Below are positions 10,858 to 22,564 of a stretch of 49,753 bases of DNA, piece by piece. The number at the start of each line of letters is the position of its first letter. Within the stretch, counting starts at the first letter, position 1. A program made the position numbers and the translations under genes. The notes under the pieces are model-generated. The model worked only from the letters and a program-made list of their open reading frames with translations. It was not told where the DNA came from and did not search any database. Where the stretch lies: the NCBI RefSeq assembly GCF_001194135.2, contig NC_068994.1, forward strand, positions 34,723,515 to 34,773,267, in the 5' to 3' direction. This DNA comes from Octopus bimaculoides. Taxonomy: Eukaryota.

Positions 10858-11060
10858 GAAAGCGGTGAGTGAGCTGGCAAAATTGTTAGTGGCATTTCAT
10901 CCATCTTTACACTCTGTGTTCAAATATCCACCAATGTCAATTTTGCCTTTCATCCTTTCGGCGTCAATAAAATAAGTACCAGTTAAGCACTGGGGTTGAT
11001 GTAATTGACTTACTCCCTCCCCTCGGAATTGCTGGCCTTGTGCCAAAATTTGAAATCAGT
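10858..11060 (+). mobile_element. family B SINE with head
   Basis: GCGGTGAGTGAGCTGGCAAAATTGTTAG head; TTTTGCCTTTCATCCTTTCGG; AATAAGTACCAGTTAAGCACTGGGG. Confidence 0.85.
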
Positions 11061-11939
11061 ATTATTGATATCACAATGAAGATGATAATGATGATGAAGC
11101 AGTGATAGAGGCCTGCAATTGCCATGGGCCTTACGCCGTCCTTGAAGCTCAGCTAATAAAAATAAAGTAAAAAAGAAACAACAACAACAACAACCATGGA
11201 ACAAGGATACTACATTGGTAAATCTAAACTATGGAAGGCTGGAATGATAGAATTATGCCTAGTCTAAGAGGCTACCATAATCACCATCAGTAATACAAGC
11301 TAAATCCATTGACCTGTCAGGCAACAGTTCGTAGTTCTTACACTTGAAAAACTAATAATATCCCTTCACGACAAAAGATTCCTCTGGCTTCAATTATCTG
11401 GGCTCTCTGTTAGCAATGCCAAAGAAAATATTCATTCATGTAGCAATTTCCCCGCAAACCTTCCAGAAGATTAGTTGTTTGACATAGGGAGCCGCTAATG
11501 GATATCTGATATTGCTTTACGATGTCATTTGGGGAATTTGTTTCAGAATAAAAGAAAACAGAGAAGGAAAAAATGGTAAAGAAAAGAGAAATAAAAATCC
11601 AAATCTGCTTCAATACACTCACAAATTATGTCATTCCTCTATCTCTCAACAGTCTTCCTCTAACCCTTTCTCTCTGTATCTCTCTCTCCTCTTCTATCCT
11701 CTTGTTATTTTCATATATCTGTGTGTCAGTCCCTCTCGTACAAAATTCACCTGTCTCTTTCCTTTCTAAATTCTATCTCAGTGTCTCAATCTGTCTGTCT
11801 GTCTGTCACTCTTTTTTTATAATCTCTGCCTTTATGTCTGTCGGTCCCCCTCATACACATATTCCCCCATGTTGTTTTTCAAACTTCGTATCAGTCTTTC
11901 TGTCACACACTCTCTGTCACACACTATTATACAAACATC

Positions 11940-11979
11940 CCTCTTTCCATCTCTCTCTCTCTCTCTCTCTCTTTTTTTA

Positions 11980-12010
<31 letters not shown>

Positions 12011-12041
12011 TTTTATCTCTCTCTCTCTCTCTCTTTTTTTA

Positions 12042-12070
<29 letters not shown>
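11940..12070. repeat. (CT)n with periodic TTTTTTAT interruptions (~30-bp higher-order unit)
   Basis: direct inspection. Confidence 0.9.
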
Positions 12071-12073
<3 letters not shown>

Positions 12074-12218
12074 ATCACACCCTATGTGTCTATCACTCCT
12101 TTTCCTTGACATACACACAGATGTAAATACATAAAATTTCCTAAATTCCACTGAGTGGGTTACATATATATATATATATATATATATATCAGTAAATGTA
12201 TATATAGGTATTACAAAC

Positions 12219-12325
12219 CTGACAATCAGTAGCCATATTGGATAGATATTGGGATCACATCGACAAAGTACCATCTTGCTCAGATCTAAGATCCGGTGAA
12301 ATAAGTTATAGAATTATTCAGAATC
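12219..12325 (-). other. candidate exon of a minus-strand transcript (5'UTR plus possible start codon)
   Basis: long T-rich tract ending TTTTCTTTTCAAAG|, donor CAG|GTTTGT; ATGs at 12274 (MVLCRCDPNIYPIWLLIV) and 12236 (MATDCQ), both with A at -3 and G at +4; upstream donors GTAAAT (12518) and GTAAGG (12551). Confidence 0.35.
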
Positions 12326-13181
12326 CTTTGAAAAGAAAAGAAAAAAAGAAAATGAGATAAAATGAAAATAACATAAATAAATAAATCAATAAGAAAATTA
12401 AATTAAATTAAATTGAAAAAAAAACATAAAAAATAAAATAGAAATTTGCTCCCTTATTTAAAAAATTACAATAAAAAAATAAACAACACAGAAAAACGGT
12501 GAAGTTGGTGGCATTTACTTTCCTTGGCTCTTGAAGCCCCTCCATCCTTACCTACCCCTAACCCACCCATGACATTTTGCATTGTCGTCGTTACTGCTGC
12601 AGATGTTGTTGTTGTTGCCAATGCAGCTTTTAATGGTAATTGGTTGTGGTAGTGGTAGTGGTGGTGGTGGTGGTAATGGTAATGATGAAGCAGAGGAGTA
12701 GGAGAAGAGGGCTGAGGTAAAATAAGATGAAGGCAGAATAAGTGAGGGTAGTAGTAGTAGTGGTGGTTGTGAAAGAGGCGGAAGAATAAGAAAGGTGGGG
12801 GGGGGTGAAAAAGGGAGTAAAAGAAAGCAGAGAACGGGTTGTCAAAAATATGCGGAATGTCAGACTCTCCCCCCAACCCCTTCTCCCTCCTCCTCCCCAC
12901 TCATCTCCACTACCATCACCATCACCACCTGACTGAGAAAGAAAGTATATGCAAGCATCTCATCACTCATCACACAGTGTTCAGTGTTTAGTTCCCAAGA
13001 AGTCAAAACAATGCAATTTAAGAAAAAAAAAGTAAAAATAAAAATAAATATGAAACACATAACATAGCCCCCCCCCTCATTNNNNNNNNNNNNNNNNNNN
13101 NNNNNNNNNNNNNNNNNNNNNNNNNNNNNNNNNNNNNNNNNNNNNNNNNNNNNNNNNNNNNNNNNNNNNNNNNNNNNNNNN

Positions 13182-13213
<32 letters not shown>

Positions 13214-13448
13214 CTGTATATATGGAGAGAGAGGTGGTCAAACAAGTGTTATGAGACAAAGAAAGGAGCAATCATTATCTAAATAGATTGAAATGTGTTG
13301 GGAGTCATTTGCAATGCTGTCAAACTATGAAGATTTTAAACTCAGAAGACATGTTCATTTGATTCAAACCTATATGATTTTTTGCTAGCGCTTATCTGAA
13401 GTATGGAGTAACATGCTTTGACTTATTCCAAGCTGTAATTTCATAAAG

Positions 13449-13486
<38 letters not shown>

Positions 13487-13891
13487 TTATATATAATAAA
13501 TGCAAAATTTAAACATTAGCTATTATAAGTTTCATGTTCAGATAGTACAGTAGTCAGACAAGCTTGTTTCATGTGCTGTGAACCATCCTGCAATTTTTCA
13601 AGCTCAAAACGAACATGGCATGTTATGCAAGTTCATCTAATTACTGAAGTATCTGAGCATGGAACTTATAGTAGTCCACATTTAAATCCTGTGTTTATCA
13701 AATATTTATTTCTAATTGGATGGAACACTTTTTTTGCTGAACCTACAAATAATGAAACTGAACAATATATAAAGATGCTGCATGAACTCTGAAGATGATG
13801 GCATTTGTAAAGGTCGTTCACTTTTTCAAATCACTCAACTGGTTGAGTAAATGGAACTATGAACGCACCTAAAATGCATATCAGAAGCAAC

Positions 13892-14010
13892 TGTAAGTCT
13901 ATGACGTACAAATAAATAAATGTGTAAAATCCATTATTTATGCCTTTCTTTGTATATCACTCTGTGAAAACATACCACATTAACTTGCTAATGCAACCAT
14001 GTATTTACAG
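13892..14010 (+). other. candidate 119-nt intron
   Basis: GTAAGT donor, AT-rich interior, CTAAT branch-like site ~20 nt upstream of TTTACAG acceptor; downstream segment is GC/CpG-richer. Confidence 0.3.
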
Positions 14011-14081
14011 AGTCGACTGGTGATGGACTTCAACTTCAGATCTCGCCTTTGGATTACCCGGAGTTCTGTACCAATCAGAAG

Positions 14082-14123
14082 ACTTTTGTTAGTTTGATGT
14101 AAATACATCAAACTAACAAAAGT
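14082..14123. repeat. 42-bp palindrome (20-bp arms, AA centre)
   Basis: ACTTTTGTTAGTTTGATGTA-AA-TACATCAAACTAACAAAAGT. Confidence 0.95.
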
Positions 14124-14587
14124 TAGCAGAGAGCTTAAGAAGTATTTTGCCCAGATTACTAATCCCTTAGTAATTTTTTACACACACACACGCATGAAAA
14201 GGTTGAACACACACTAACCTAACCCAGGTGCATTTTTCTTCCTGGGTTTCTTTTTTTCATCTCCTTTCTTCTTTTCTCTCTCTTCCCTCTTTTGCTTGTA
14301 ATTTCCTTTAGCATCCGTAACTTTTACTTTTTCCATTCTTCATTGAGCATCAAACCTAATCATATTAACTGTGAATGTGTCTTGTACTCACATTATTTCT
14401 TGTTTTTATGTTACACACATACACACACAAACATACCTCTAGACACATGCATATATATTCAATAATATATATATATATACACACAAGATTTTTCTAATGT
14501 AGAGTTATATAAAAACAGTCACTAATTAAATTGAAGGATCACTCAACACCTTTCTGTAGAATGACATATTTATGTTATTTTTTCAAG

Positions 14588-14945
14588 GAAAAGTGACTAA
14601 ATTTGTTCAGTGGGTTCCCCATCATCTAGCTGCTTTGCATCTTAACCAAAGTGTTGCCCTCAGCTTATCATTGAAGCCTAGACTTGCTACTGAACCTTTC
14701 CAAGACAGTGTATTCACAAATATAGAAAAGTGAGTTCGCTATAAATATATTCAATGAAAACAAGGGTTAGCATGCAAAAAAAAACAAAAAAAAACAGAAC
14801 ATATCCTCAAATCAGGACTACACCCCAATATTAAGTTAATTTCTGTGTTCAGTGGGACATGAAGTGTACTATCTATCATGGAATATTAAACTGAAATGAA
14901 AGAATAATTGCAGAGAAGTATTGTCATAAATTGAGATCATGTGAT
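14588..14945 (+). pseudogene. mariner (Tc1/mariner) transposase relic, central region
   Basis: GKVTKFVQWVPHHL...EPFQDSVFTNIEK*VRY...HILKSGLHPNIKLISV / WDMKCTIYHGILN*NERIIAEKYCHKL aligns collinearly with mariner WVPHEL...TCDEKW...LHPKK..WWD...ITAE.YC. Confidence 0.8.
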
Positions 14946-14984
14946 TGTTGTAAACAAGCATCACAATCATTACAAGCAACGTTT

Positions 14985-15130
14985 TTTGTTTCCAGTCTTC
15001 CATGGTCATAAAGAAATATTACCTCACCTGGAACTAGGTGAAGTCTGGCAATGGGAAGGGCATTTGGCCATAGAAACTCTGCCTTAAATTCTGTCTCAAT
15101 CACACAACATTAAAAAATGGTCATTCAATG
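14985..15130 (+). mobile_element. family D variant fragment
   Basis: GGCAATGGGAAGGGCATTTGGCCATAGAAAC; similar to 47830-48000. Confidence 0.55.
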
Positions 15131-15202
15131 TTTATTGATTACATGCACCTACACATATATGAAAGAGAGAGTGAGAGAGAGATATACTCACACACACATG
15201 TG

Positions 15203-15262
<60 letters not shown>

Positions 15263-15559
15263 TCATACACAACTTCACATACACATATTCATTCACACAC
15301 AACCACAGTTTTTGATTTCCTAGTCTAATGTTTATGTTCTCTTTCACACACACACACACTTGTATGTATGTATGTACATATGGGAGTGAGAGAAAAAGAG
15401 AACACAATCATTTGACAAGTAAATCAAAAATTCAAAAGAACTTGATGCTAATTACAGATGGTACAGTATTTATTTACATTTTCATTAAAAAATGCAATTT
15501 GTTTTAGCTATTAAAAATGCTATTCAGAGAACTGTAGAAGGAATATATGAACCCATCAT

Positions 15560-15601
<42 letters not shown>

Positions 15602-16097
15602 TGGGATTCCAGAAAAATTACCAGACTAACTAACTAAATAAAAAATAAAGGGATGGCAAAAAAATATCTCTAGCGAACACCATATATTAATGCCAAGATG
15701 GGTAGGGGAAATGATCTATATGGGGAAATATTGTAGAAGAACATATATAACTGTAAGGGGTGGAGTTAATTGAATAAAGAAATATATAAAAACAATAAAT
15801 TCAATCATATCACAAGAAATTGTTTTTGGAAAAGGCAACGTCAAAAAGTGAGGTGTTTAAATTAGGGATATTACAGGAAAAAGGGAAATAACCATTGCAA
15901 GAATTCATAGAATTCAGAGATAAAAGGGAGACAGTGATGTAAAATAAAGGGAAAAAAAATAAAGAAATTAATGAAGGATCAAAGAGGTACACAGACACGC
16001 ATGTGTATGTATGCATACATATGCACACACATATACGTATGTATATGTGTGTGTATATATTTGCGCACATATTTGCACACACACACACACATATGTA

Positions 16098-16145
<48 letters not shown>

Positions 16146-16659
16146 AAAATATACATATGCATACAAGCATAAGAATGCATGTATACACTTAAGCACAAAC
16201 CAGGCAATTAAAAGCTAATTCTCACACACTTGCATATGTACAACAACAGCCACCTTATTAGCACATCCATACTTAATAACATCCATAATTTATATCAGAA
16301 AAAAAGCTTACAGGAAATATATATCTCCAAAAACATCAAGTCCTAATTACTTATGCATAAAATGAAACTCTAAATGATAACGATGAAAAATAACTGTAAT
16401 ATAAAGTGTTACATTATCTCACTTCATTTCCTATTAAAGAAATTTTAAATTATAATATCCATCTAAAATTGTTTAAAATGTAATAGTTAAATTTCAAACT
16501 GGTTGACCCTTAAAATTCTGTTAAAGTACTTCATAATATTGAAACATCAGGAGGAAAAGACCTATACAAATGAAATAATATGAAACTTACCGACAGCGAT
16601 AATTCTACATATATATATATGCGTGTTTGAAAGAGAGAGAGAGGGACAGAGAGAGAGGA

Positions 16660-16830
16660 CATAGAGTCTAGTGGTTATGGTGTTACACTCTTGATAGCAA
16701 GATACTAGGTTTAATTCCTGGACTGGGTACTGCATTGTGTTCTTGGATAAAACAGTTCTTTTCACATTGCTCTGTGACCACTTCAACACCTGACGTGTGG
16801 CACATTGAGCACCTATACAAGCAGCATCTT
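16660..16830 (+). mobile_element. family C SINE head and core (degenerate)
   Basis: CTAGTGGTTA...GGTTTAATTCCTGGACTGGG..TGCATTGTGTTCTTGG matches the 3622 copy. Confidence 0.6.
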
Positions 16831-16839
16831 ACACAAGTA

Positions 16840-16909
16840 TTTCTACTTTTGCTTCAGGCTGATCAATGCCTTGTAAGTGAACCTGGTTGATGAAAACTGT
16901 GAGGAAACT

Positions 16910-16940
<31 letters not shown>

Positions 16941-17115
16941 ATTTATGTCTGACTCTCACAACAGCTTGATATTCCTGCAACCTAGGGGTTTGGCAAAAGA
17001 CACTGATAAACTTACTACCAGACTTAGAATAGGTATGAGGGTCAATTTGTTTGACTAAAACCCTTTAAGGTAGTGCCCCAACATGGCTTCAGTATAATGA
17101 CTGAAACATAAAAAA
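16840..17115 (+). mobile_element. family A SINE (headless)
   Basis: GCCTTGTAAGTGAA..TGGT..ATGAAAACTG, (GT)n, GGTAGTGCCCCAACATGG...TGACTGAAACA. Confidence 0.7.
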
Positions 17116-17735
17116 TAGAGATGCATCCATGTTAGAGTAAAATAAAGGACAGAAACTTTGGGTAAGTAGATAGGGTGACTAGTGGAATTGGGGAAAGTCA
17201 CAAATACTCATTGCAATCATGAATAGAGATGTAGAGCAAGATACTGGTTAAGTGTTGGTTACGTAGATCATCAGTGTGAAGATGTAACAAGAGAAGAAGT
17301 GGTGGCCACAAAGAGAGATTATCTGAGATAACCATACCTGAGTAAGGATGGTAATGTATTAACCAAGTTAGCAAACATGAGAGAATTACTAAATAAATTA
17401 GATTAGGTAAAAAAAAGTAACAGATTAATTTAGCAAAAAAAAAAATGGAAATTATTATATTGAATAGAACATTAAAAAATTACGTATAAAAAACTGTCAG
17501 TCATGAAATGGACTGATACCACTGCAACTGGCCTATCAGCAAAGTATAGACATTAAGTATGATATTAAGATAACTATTTTAATTTAATACAGCCTCAATT
17601 GCATATACAAGATTTTTATTCAGCTATTTGTGATGTCAATGAATTTTTACCTATATCAGGACTTGTTCAGTATTTATTGTTACCTATATCAGGACTGATG
17701 AATTTTTATCCAGGCATATGCCTGGTTATGAGTAC

Positions 17736-17778
17736 ATGTCACTGAAAAAGCCCAAAATTGCTGAAATGTATCTGACAT
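17736..17778 (+). ncRNA. decayed Penelope-type type I hammerhead ribozyme motif
   Basis: stem I ATGTCA/TGACAT, core CTGAAAA (CTGANGA with G8>A), stem II AGC..GCT, GAAA-TGTA-TC. Confidence 0.5.
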
Positions 17779-19100
17779 TTTCACTGATCATTGTAGGAGT
17801 TATTTTTCTTTTTGTTTTCCTCTGATTATTAATTTTGTTTTTAACAAAGCATATCCATAAGTGATGTTATCTCAGGACAAACACTACAATAACTGGCCTA
17901 TCAATATACACTAAATATTGTAAAAAAAATTGATTAAATATATATGTGTGCTGTAAATCATTAAATGGCAAAAATAATACAAGTCAAATAGGAAGCTGAA
18001 ATTTTCTACTTAGATATTTACCTGTCAGGCAAAGAAAGATGCTGAAAATATTTGTCTTGAAATTTTATGATGGTACAAACCTATTTTAGCAAAGACTATT
18101 TTATAAGCCTCTGTGGCACAGAGATTGCATAGTTTTCTATTCCTTGCAAATAATTTAGAGCAAGAAATAATTTTTCAGATTTAGTTATATTGTGCATTTG
18201 AAATCTTTAAATTCTAAGTATAACTAGAAAGTGAAACAGAAGTGCTTCTGGTGATTTTCTTGAATGAACAGGTATGTTGATTATAGTGAAATATGAAAGA
18301 AATACCTGTAAGTACAGTATATGCACTAGTGGGGTTAGCTGTTTGTACTTAATATTAATACATTATCTACTTTATTGAAAAGAGCTCAAAGGGTATTTTT
18401 TAGGGAATGTATAATTACAGTTAAAGTGAGTAGTAGAGTCTGTATTAGTTAGATTAATTTCAGCAAAGTTAGGACAAGCAAAATCAAGTGCAAAGCCTAG
18501 GGATGTAGAATATAAAATCTTTATAGTACTCATATGAAAAATTCTGTAATATCTATGCTGTTGTGGAAGATTATTTTAAGTAAGCTAAAAGAAAAAAAGA
18601 AGTTGCTATAAGCATGGCTACTTCTAAGTTAAGTGCCATTATCAATATTTTCAGAATATTTTAGAATTCTCTATTTCTTACTTTATGCAAGAAGTCCTCT
18701 TTGCTTTGAACCTTAGTTAAACAAGTGCATTAGGACAAAAACCTCAGGTCATTGAGAAAATATGTTAATAAAACATCAGTTAATAAATCATATTTCGCAG
18801 TTAATAAAACATACAACTACAAAATGCCTTGCAGTATTGAGTTATGCCCTCTTTTACATTCTGAATTCAAATCCCACTGGAATGAAACATTAATTTCATC
18901 ATTCCAAGGTTGATAAGAAACAGTACCAGTCATTTAATGGATATCAATAAAGTAAGGCACTAGTCAAAAACTGAAATTGATTTAATCAGCTATACCACTC
19001 GATTTAAGGTCTTGTTCCAGTAGTAGGGATCAATATTTATGATGATAATGATGAAGACAACAACAAAAGATGCTGATGATGAAATTGTAGATTATTTCAG

Positions 19101-19153
19101 AAAAATACTACCAGTATGTTCAGGAACCTGCTGCCAAATTTCAGATGGTTTTG
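19101..19153 (+). CDS. candidate 53-nt exon (e.g. EKYYQYVQEPAAKFQMVL); protein not recognised
   Basis: TTATTTCAG| ... TTG|GTAAAT, GC higher than flanks; all three frames are open, so the frame is undetermined. Confidence 0.25.
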
Positions 19154-19729
19154 GTAAATAAAAGTTTAAATTTAAAATGCAAAGAAAAATTTTCAAAAAT
19201 AAATGTATGATAGAATAAATAAAAAGTAACTACATGAATATATTTATTCTCTCATTTTTACCAACTACATTCTTAGAAACACCATTACCCCCTCATTATT
19301 AAACTTGCCCCACACACAACACACTGCACCACACAGTTACTAAAACTGTTTCAGTGATGAGGTTTCTATCTTCAAGATAACACAATCCCATCTCTACTTC
19401 ACCCATTTTATTTTTAATATACTTTTGAAGGATGAAGAAGAGGTGGAAAGAAGAAGAGGAAGACAATGAAGAAGAAAAATAAAGAGAAGCAAAAAAAAAA
19501 ATTTCAAAAAAATTATGAAAATTTGAAGCATTACATAAACTCAGCTATCTATTTCCATAGCTATCTTTAATAGAGAAGAAGAGTGGGGGTTTTACTTTCT
19601 CTTTCATTTTGCAAAATGAAAGAGAAAGTAAAAGAGAGATGACAGAGAAAAGGTGCAAGAAGAAGTAAAGAAGGGCGAGTAAAAAATAAGCAATTTTAAT
19701 GGAAAGACAACTCTGTTTATCATCTCTTA

Positions 19730-20105
19730 TCTTTTACTTATTTCTGTCTTTGGACTGTGGCCATGCTGGGACAGCACTTGAAAGGTTTAGTTGAACAAAT
19801 CAACACTAGTACTTATTTAGAAGTTTGGTACTTATACTTATTCTATCCAACCCTTTTGTTGAACTGTTCAGTTATGGTGATGTAATGAAACCAACACTGG
19901 TTGGCAAGCAGCATGGGAAAACACACACAGACACGCACATACCATGACAGGCTTCCACACAGTTTCTGACAACGAAATGCATAGTCAAGGCATTGATTGA
20001 CTCCGATCTTTAGTAAAAGATGCTTTCCAAAAATGCCACACAGTGGGGTAAGTCTGAAACGGAACAGCTGCAAAGCAAGCTTCTTAACAATGGTGCTGTT
20101 CATGT
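19730..20105 (-). mobile_element. family A SINE
   Basis: rc match to the 9368 copy including tail and head. Confidence 0.75.
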
Positions 20106-20232
20106 AGTTTTCAAGTCGGTGCCACTATGTAAAGATAGTGGAATGGCAAATCATTAGAATACTGAACAAAATGCCTCATGATAGTTCTTCAGGCTCTTTA
20201 CACTCTGAGTTCAGAGTGTAAAGAGCCTGAAG

Positions 20233-20295
<63 letters not shown>

Positions 20296-20329
20296 CTATA
20301 TATATATATAGATAGACATGCACACACAC

Positions 20330-20455
20330 ACACGATAGGTTTCTTTCAGTTTCCATCTGCCAAACCCATTCATGACCCTTTGGTTGGCCCAGGGCTATTA
20401 TAGAAGATGCTTGCCATGGCTGGGAAGCAAGATTCTTAACCACACAGTCATGACT
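20330..20455 (-). mobile_element. family A SINE, internally deleted head/core
   Basis: TTTCTTTCAGTTTCCATCTGCCAAA...GGGCTATTATAGAAGATGCTTGCC..GGGAAGCAAG. Confidence 0.7.
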
Positions 20456-20980
20456 GTTATGTATATTCATTTCCATTCAGTATTCTATTATTATCACACA
20501 CCCCCCCGCCACTTTTTTTTGTTTTTGTCTTCTTAATGCAAGTGAAAGGTATCAATGGTGCCAACTAATACAATGGTAGACTATGAAACTGAAAATTTAA
20601 GCCTAGTGAGACTAGTAAGAAAATTATTTTTGAAACTAATTTGTTGTGTATACATGAGAGTAGTGGGATAGATAAAGCAGAGAGAGAGAGAGAATGGATG
20701 ATAGGAGAGTCATTCTAAAATAGTGTTACGTTTTTTCAGTGTCATTATCTGAGATACAGATATCATCTATCACTTAGTTTTATGCTTTATGGCTTATTGA
20801 GTATGTTTAGTGGTGCCATCTGCTCTGAATGCAATGGATTAATTTACACAAATCCATATTATACAATCTCTGTTGTGTCATCGCATTTTAATATATTGTT
20901 ACATTAAAAAAGAATCAAGTCATAGATGTATGCTTGCAAATGTGAATGCATTTGTAAATGTGTGTAAATGCATGAATATG

Positions 20981-21047
<67 letters not shown>

Positions 21048-21293
21048 TGTGATAGATATAAAGCAGTTATATTTGAATGTATATACACTCGAATGTAACT
21101 GCTTTATATCTATCATTTAACAAGTAAAATAATTTATAAAAAATAGCACTTCTTAAGTTATTATTGATATATTTCAGATACTTTCAGTATTAATCAGATA
21201 CAAAATACATTATTAGTTCATACTCAGAGTTTCTCACTTTAAGAATAGAAATGGCTGTGTTTCCAGTTTATTTCAGTCTTCATTGGTTTAACC

Positions 21294-21500
21294 CAGTGAA
21301 TCTCAACCTATTGGCTCCTTTGATTCCCATTTAACTCTACTGGACCTCCATAGCCATTTGCTGTGTATAAAAAAAAACCTGCAGCATTTTTATAATTAAA
21401 TTTTATTTGGAACTGCTTTAAAAAAATTAAAATAGATTTTAACAACAAAATTTCATATGGGCCAAAGTTGAATACCACTAGTTTAACCAAGGCTACTAAA
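21294..21500 (+). mobile_element. hAT (Charlie-like) non-autonomous fragment
   Basis: CAGTGAATCTCAACC resembles the hAT TIR CAGTGGTTCTCAACC; shares TGGACC.CCATAGCCATTTG with 27288. Confidence 0.5.
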
Positions 21501-21654
21501 TTTAGAGTAATAACAGAATGAAACTTCACCTCCAAATAGTCTTTACCAAACACAGTGAGTACTCTTCTTCCTGTTTGTACTATCAAAATATATACTGTTT
21601 CATTACTTTTATACATCTGTTTTCCTATGTTAACATTTGTTAGATGAATATAGG

Positions 21655-21795
21655 AAGGGGTGCTGAAAAGTGTGTGTATGTTCGTTGGCCCATTAGCTAC
21701 AGTAGAAGATACTTGCCTGGGATGCTGCACAGTGGGACTGAACCCCAAATCACATGGTTGCAAAGCAAGCTTCTCAACCATACAGCCATGTCTGC
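21655..21795 (-). mobile_element. family A SINE head/core
   Basis: AGTAGAAGATACTTGCC..GGATGCTGCACAGTGGGACTGAACCC. Confidence 0.75.
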
Positions 21796-22564
21796 ACTTT
21801 CAGGGAAAATTGTTAATTTAAGAAAATGATTTAACCCATTGGTATTCAAACTGGTTGAGTATAAATTACTATAAAGGTATTTTTATTGAAATTTGTCCAG
21901 ATTAAGTTATCATTGGTACCCAGAAAATGCAAACGTATGTTGCACAGGAAATCGTTTTCTATAATAGCAGCAACAGGGTATACACACGATACAGAAATTA
22001 GCACTTAAAGACACAACATACCTACTACAGAGAGTACTTCCAGTTCAATAGAAAATTGAAAAGCAAACAAAAACACAACATGTACTCATGGCATGTAGAG
22101 CTATGCTCAGTTGTGCAGTGAAAACAAGCAATAAAAGTAAGCCTACTGATTAATAATATAATAATATTAATCATAAACATAATAATAATAATAATAATAG
22201 TAGTGGTGTTAATAATGAAAACACTTGCCTGTTTTCATTATTTCTATGTGAACATATCAACACATCAAATGCCATTAGAATTATGAATGCTAACAGATTA
22301 ATGGAATATTTCAGAAGAGCAGTTTTTGATTTGTCATTGCACAGATATGGGAGTGAGACAAATTAAGGTATGCTACAATATACCAGATCAATAAAATAAA
22401 ACCCAATAAAAGTGAGTAGTCAATTTGATTAGTTATACATCTCTCCTCAACAGTGATTGGTCATATGCCCATTTAAAGGAATATCCTTGTATCACTACTT
22501 GAAATCTCAAATGTATATTGATTAAGTGTAGGGTAATTTATACCTACAATTTTATCTTCTTTGA

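Noticed and set aside
8005-11060. Regularly spaced repeats resembling a CRISPR-like array
   Set aside because: Units are ~200-bp SINE copies linked by trinucleotide tails, with no unique spacers; eukaryotic context and no cas genes.
11360-11440. FNYLGS motif suggesting RT domain 7
   Set aside because: A single short motif with no collinear support.
12466-12900. 144-aa minus-strand ORF with poly-H/T tracts
   Set aside because: Low-complexity trinucleotide runs; splicing it to the 12325 acceptor gives an immediate stop; more likely UTR.
17150-17400. Minus-strand LWPPLLLLLHLHTDDL, vaguely like an RT QG..LSP.LF...DDL region
   Set aside because: Too degraded to support.
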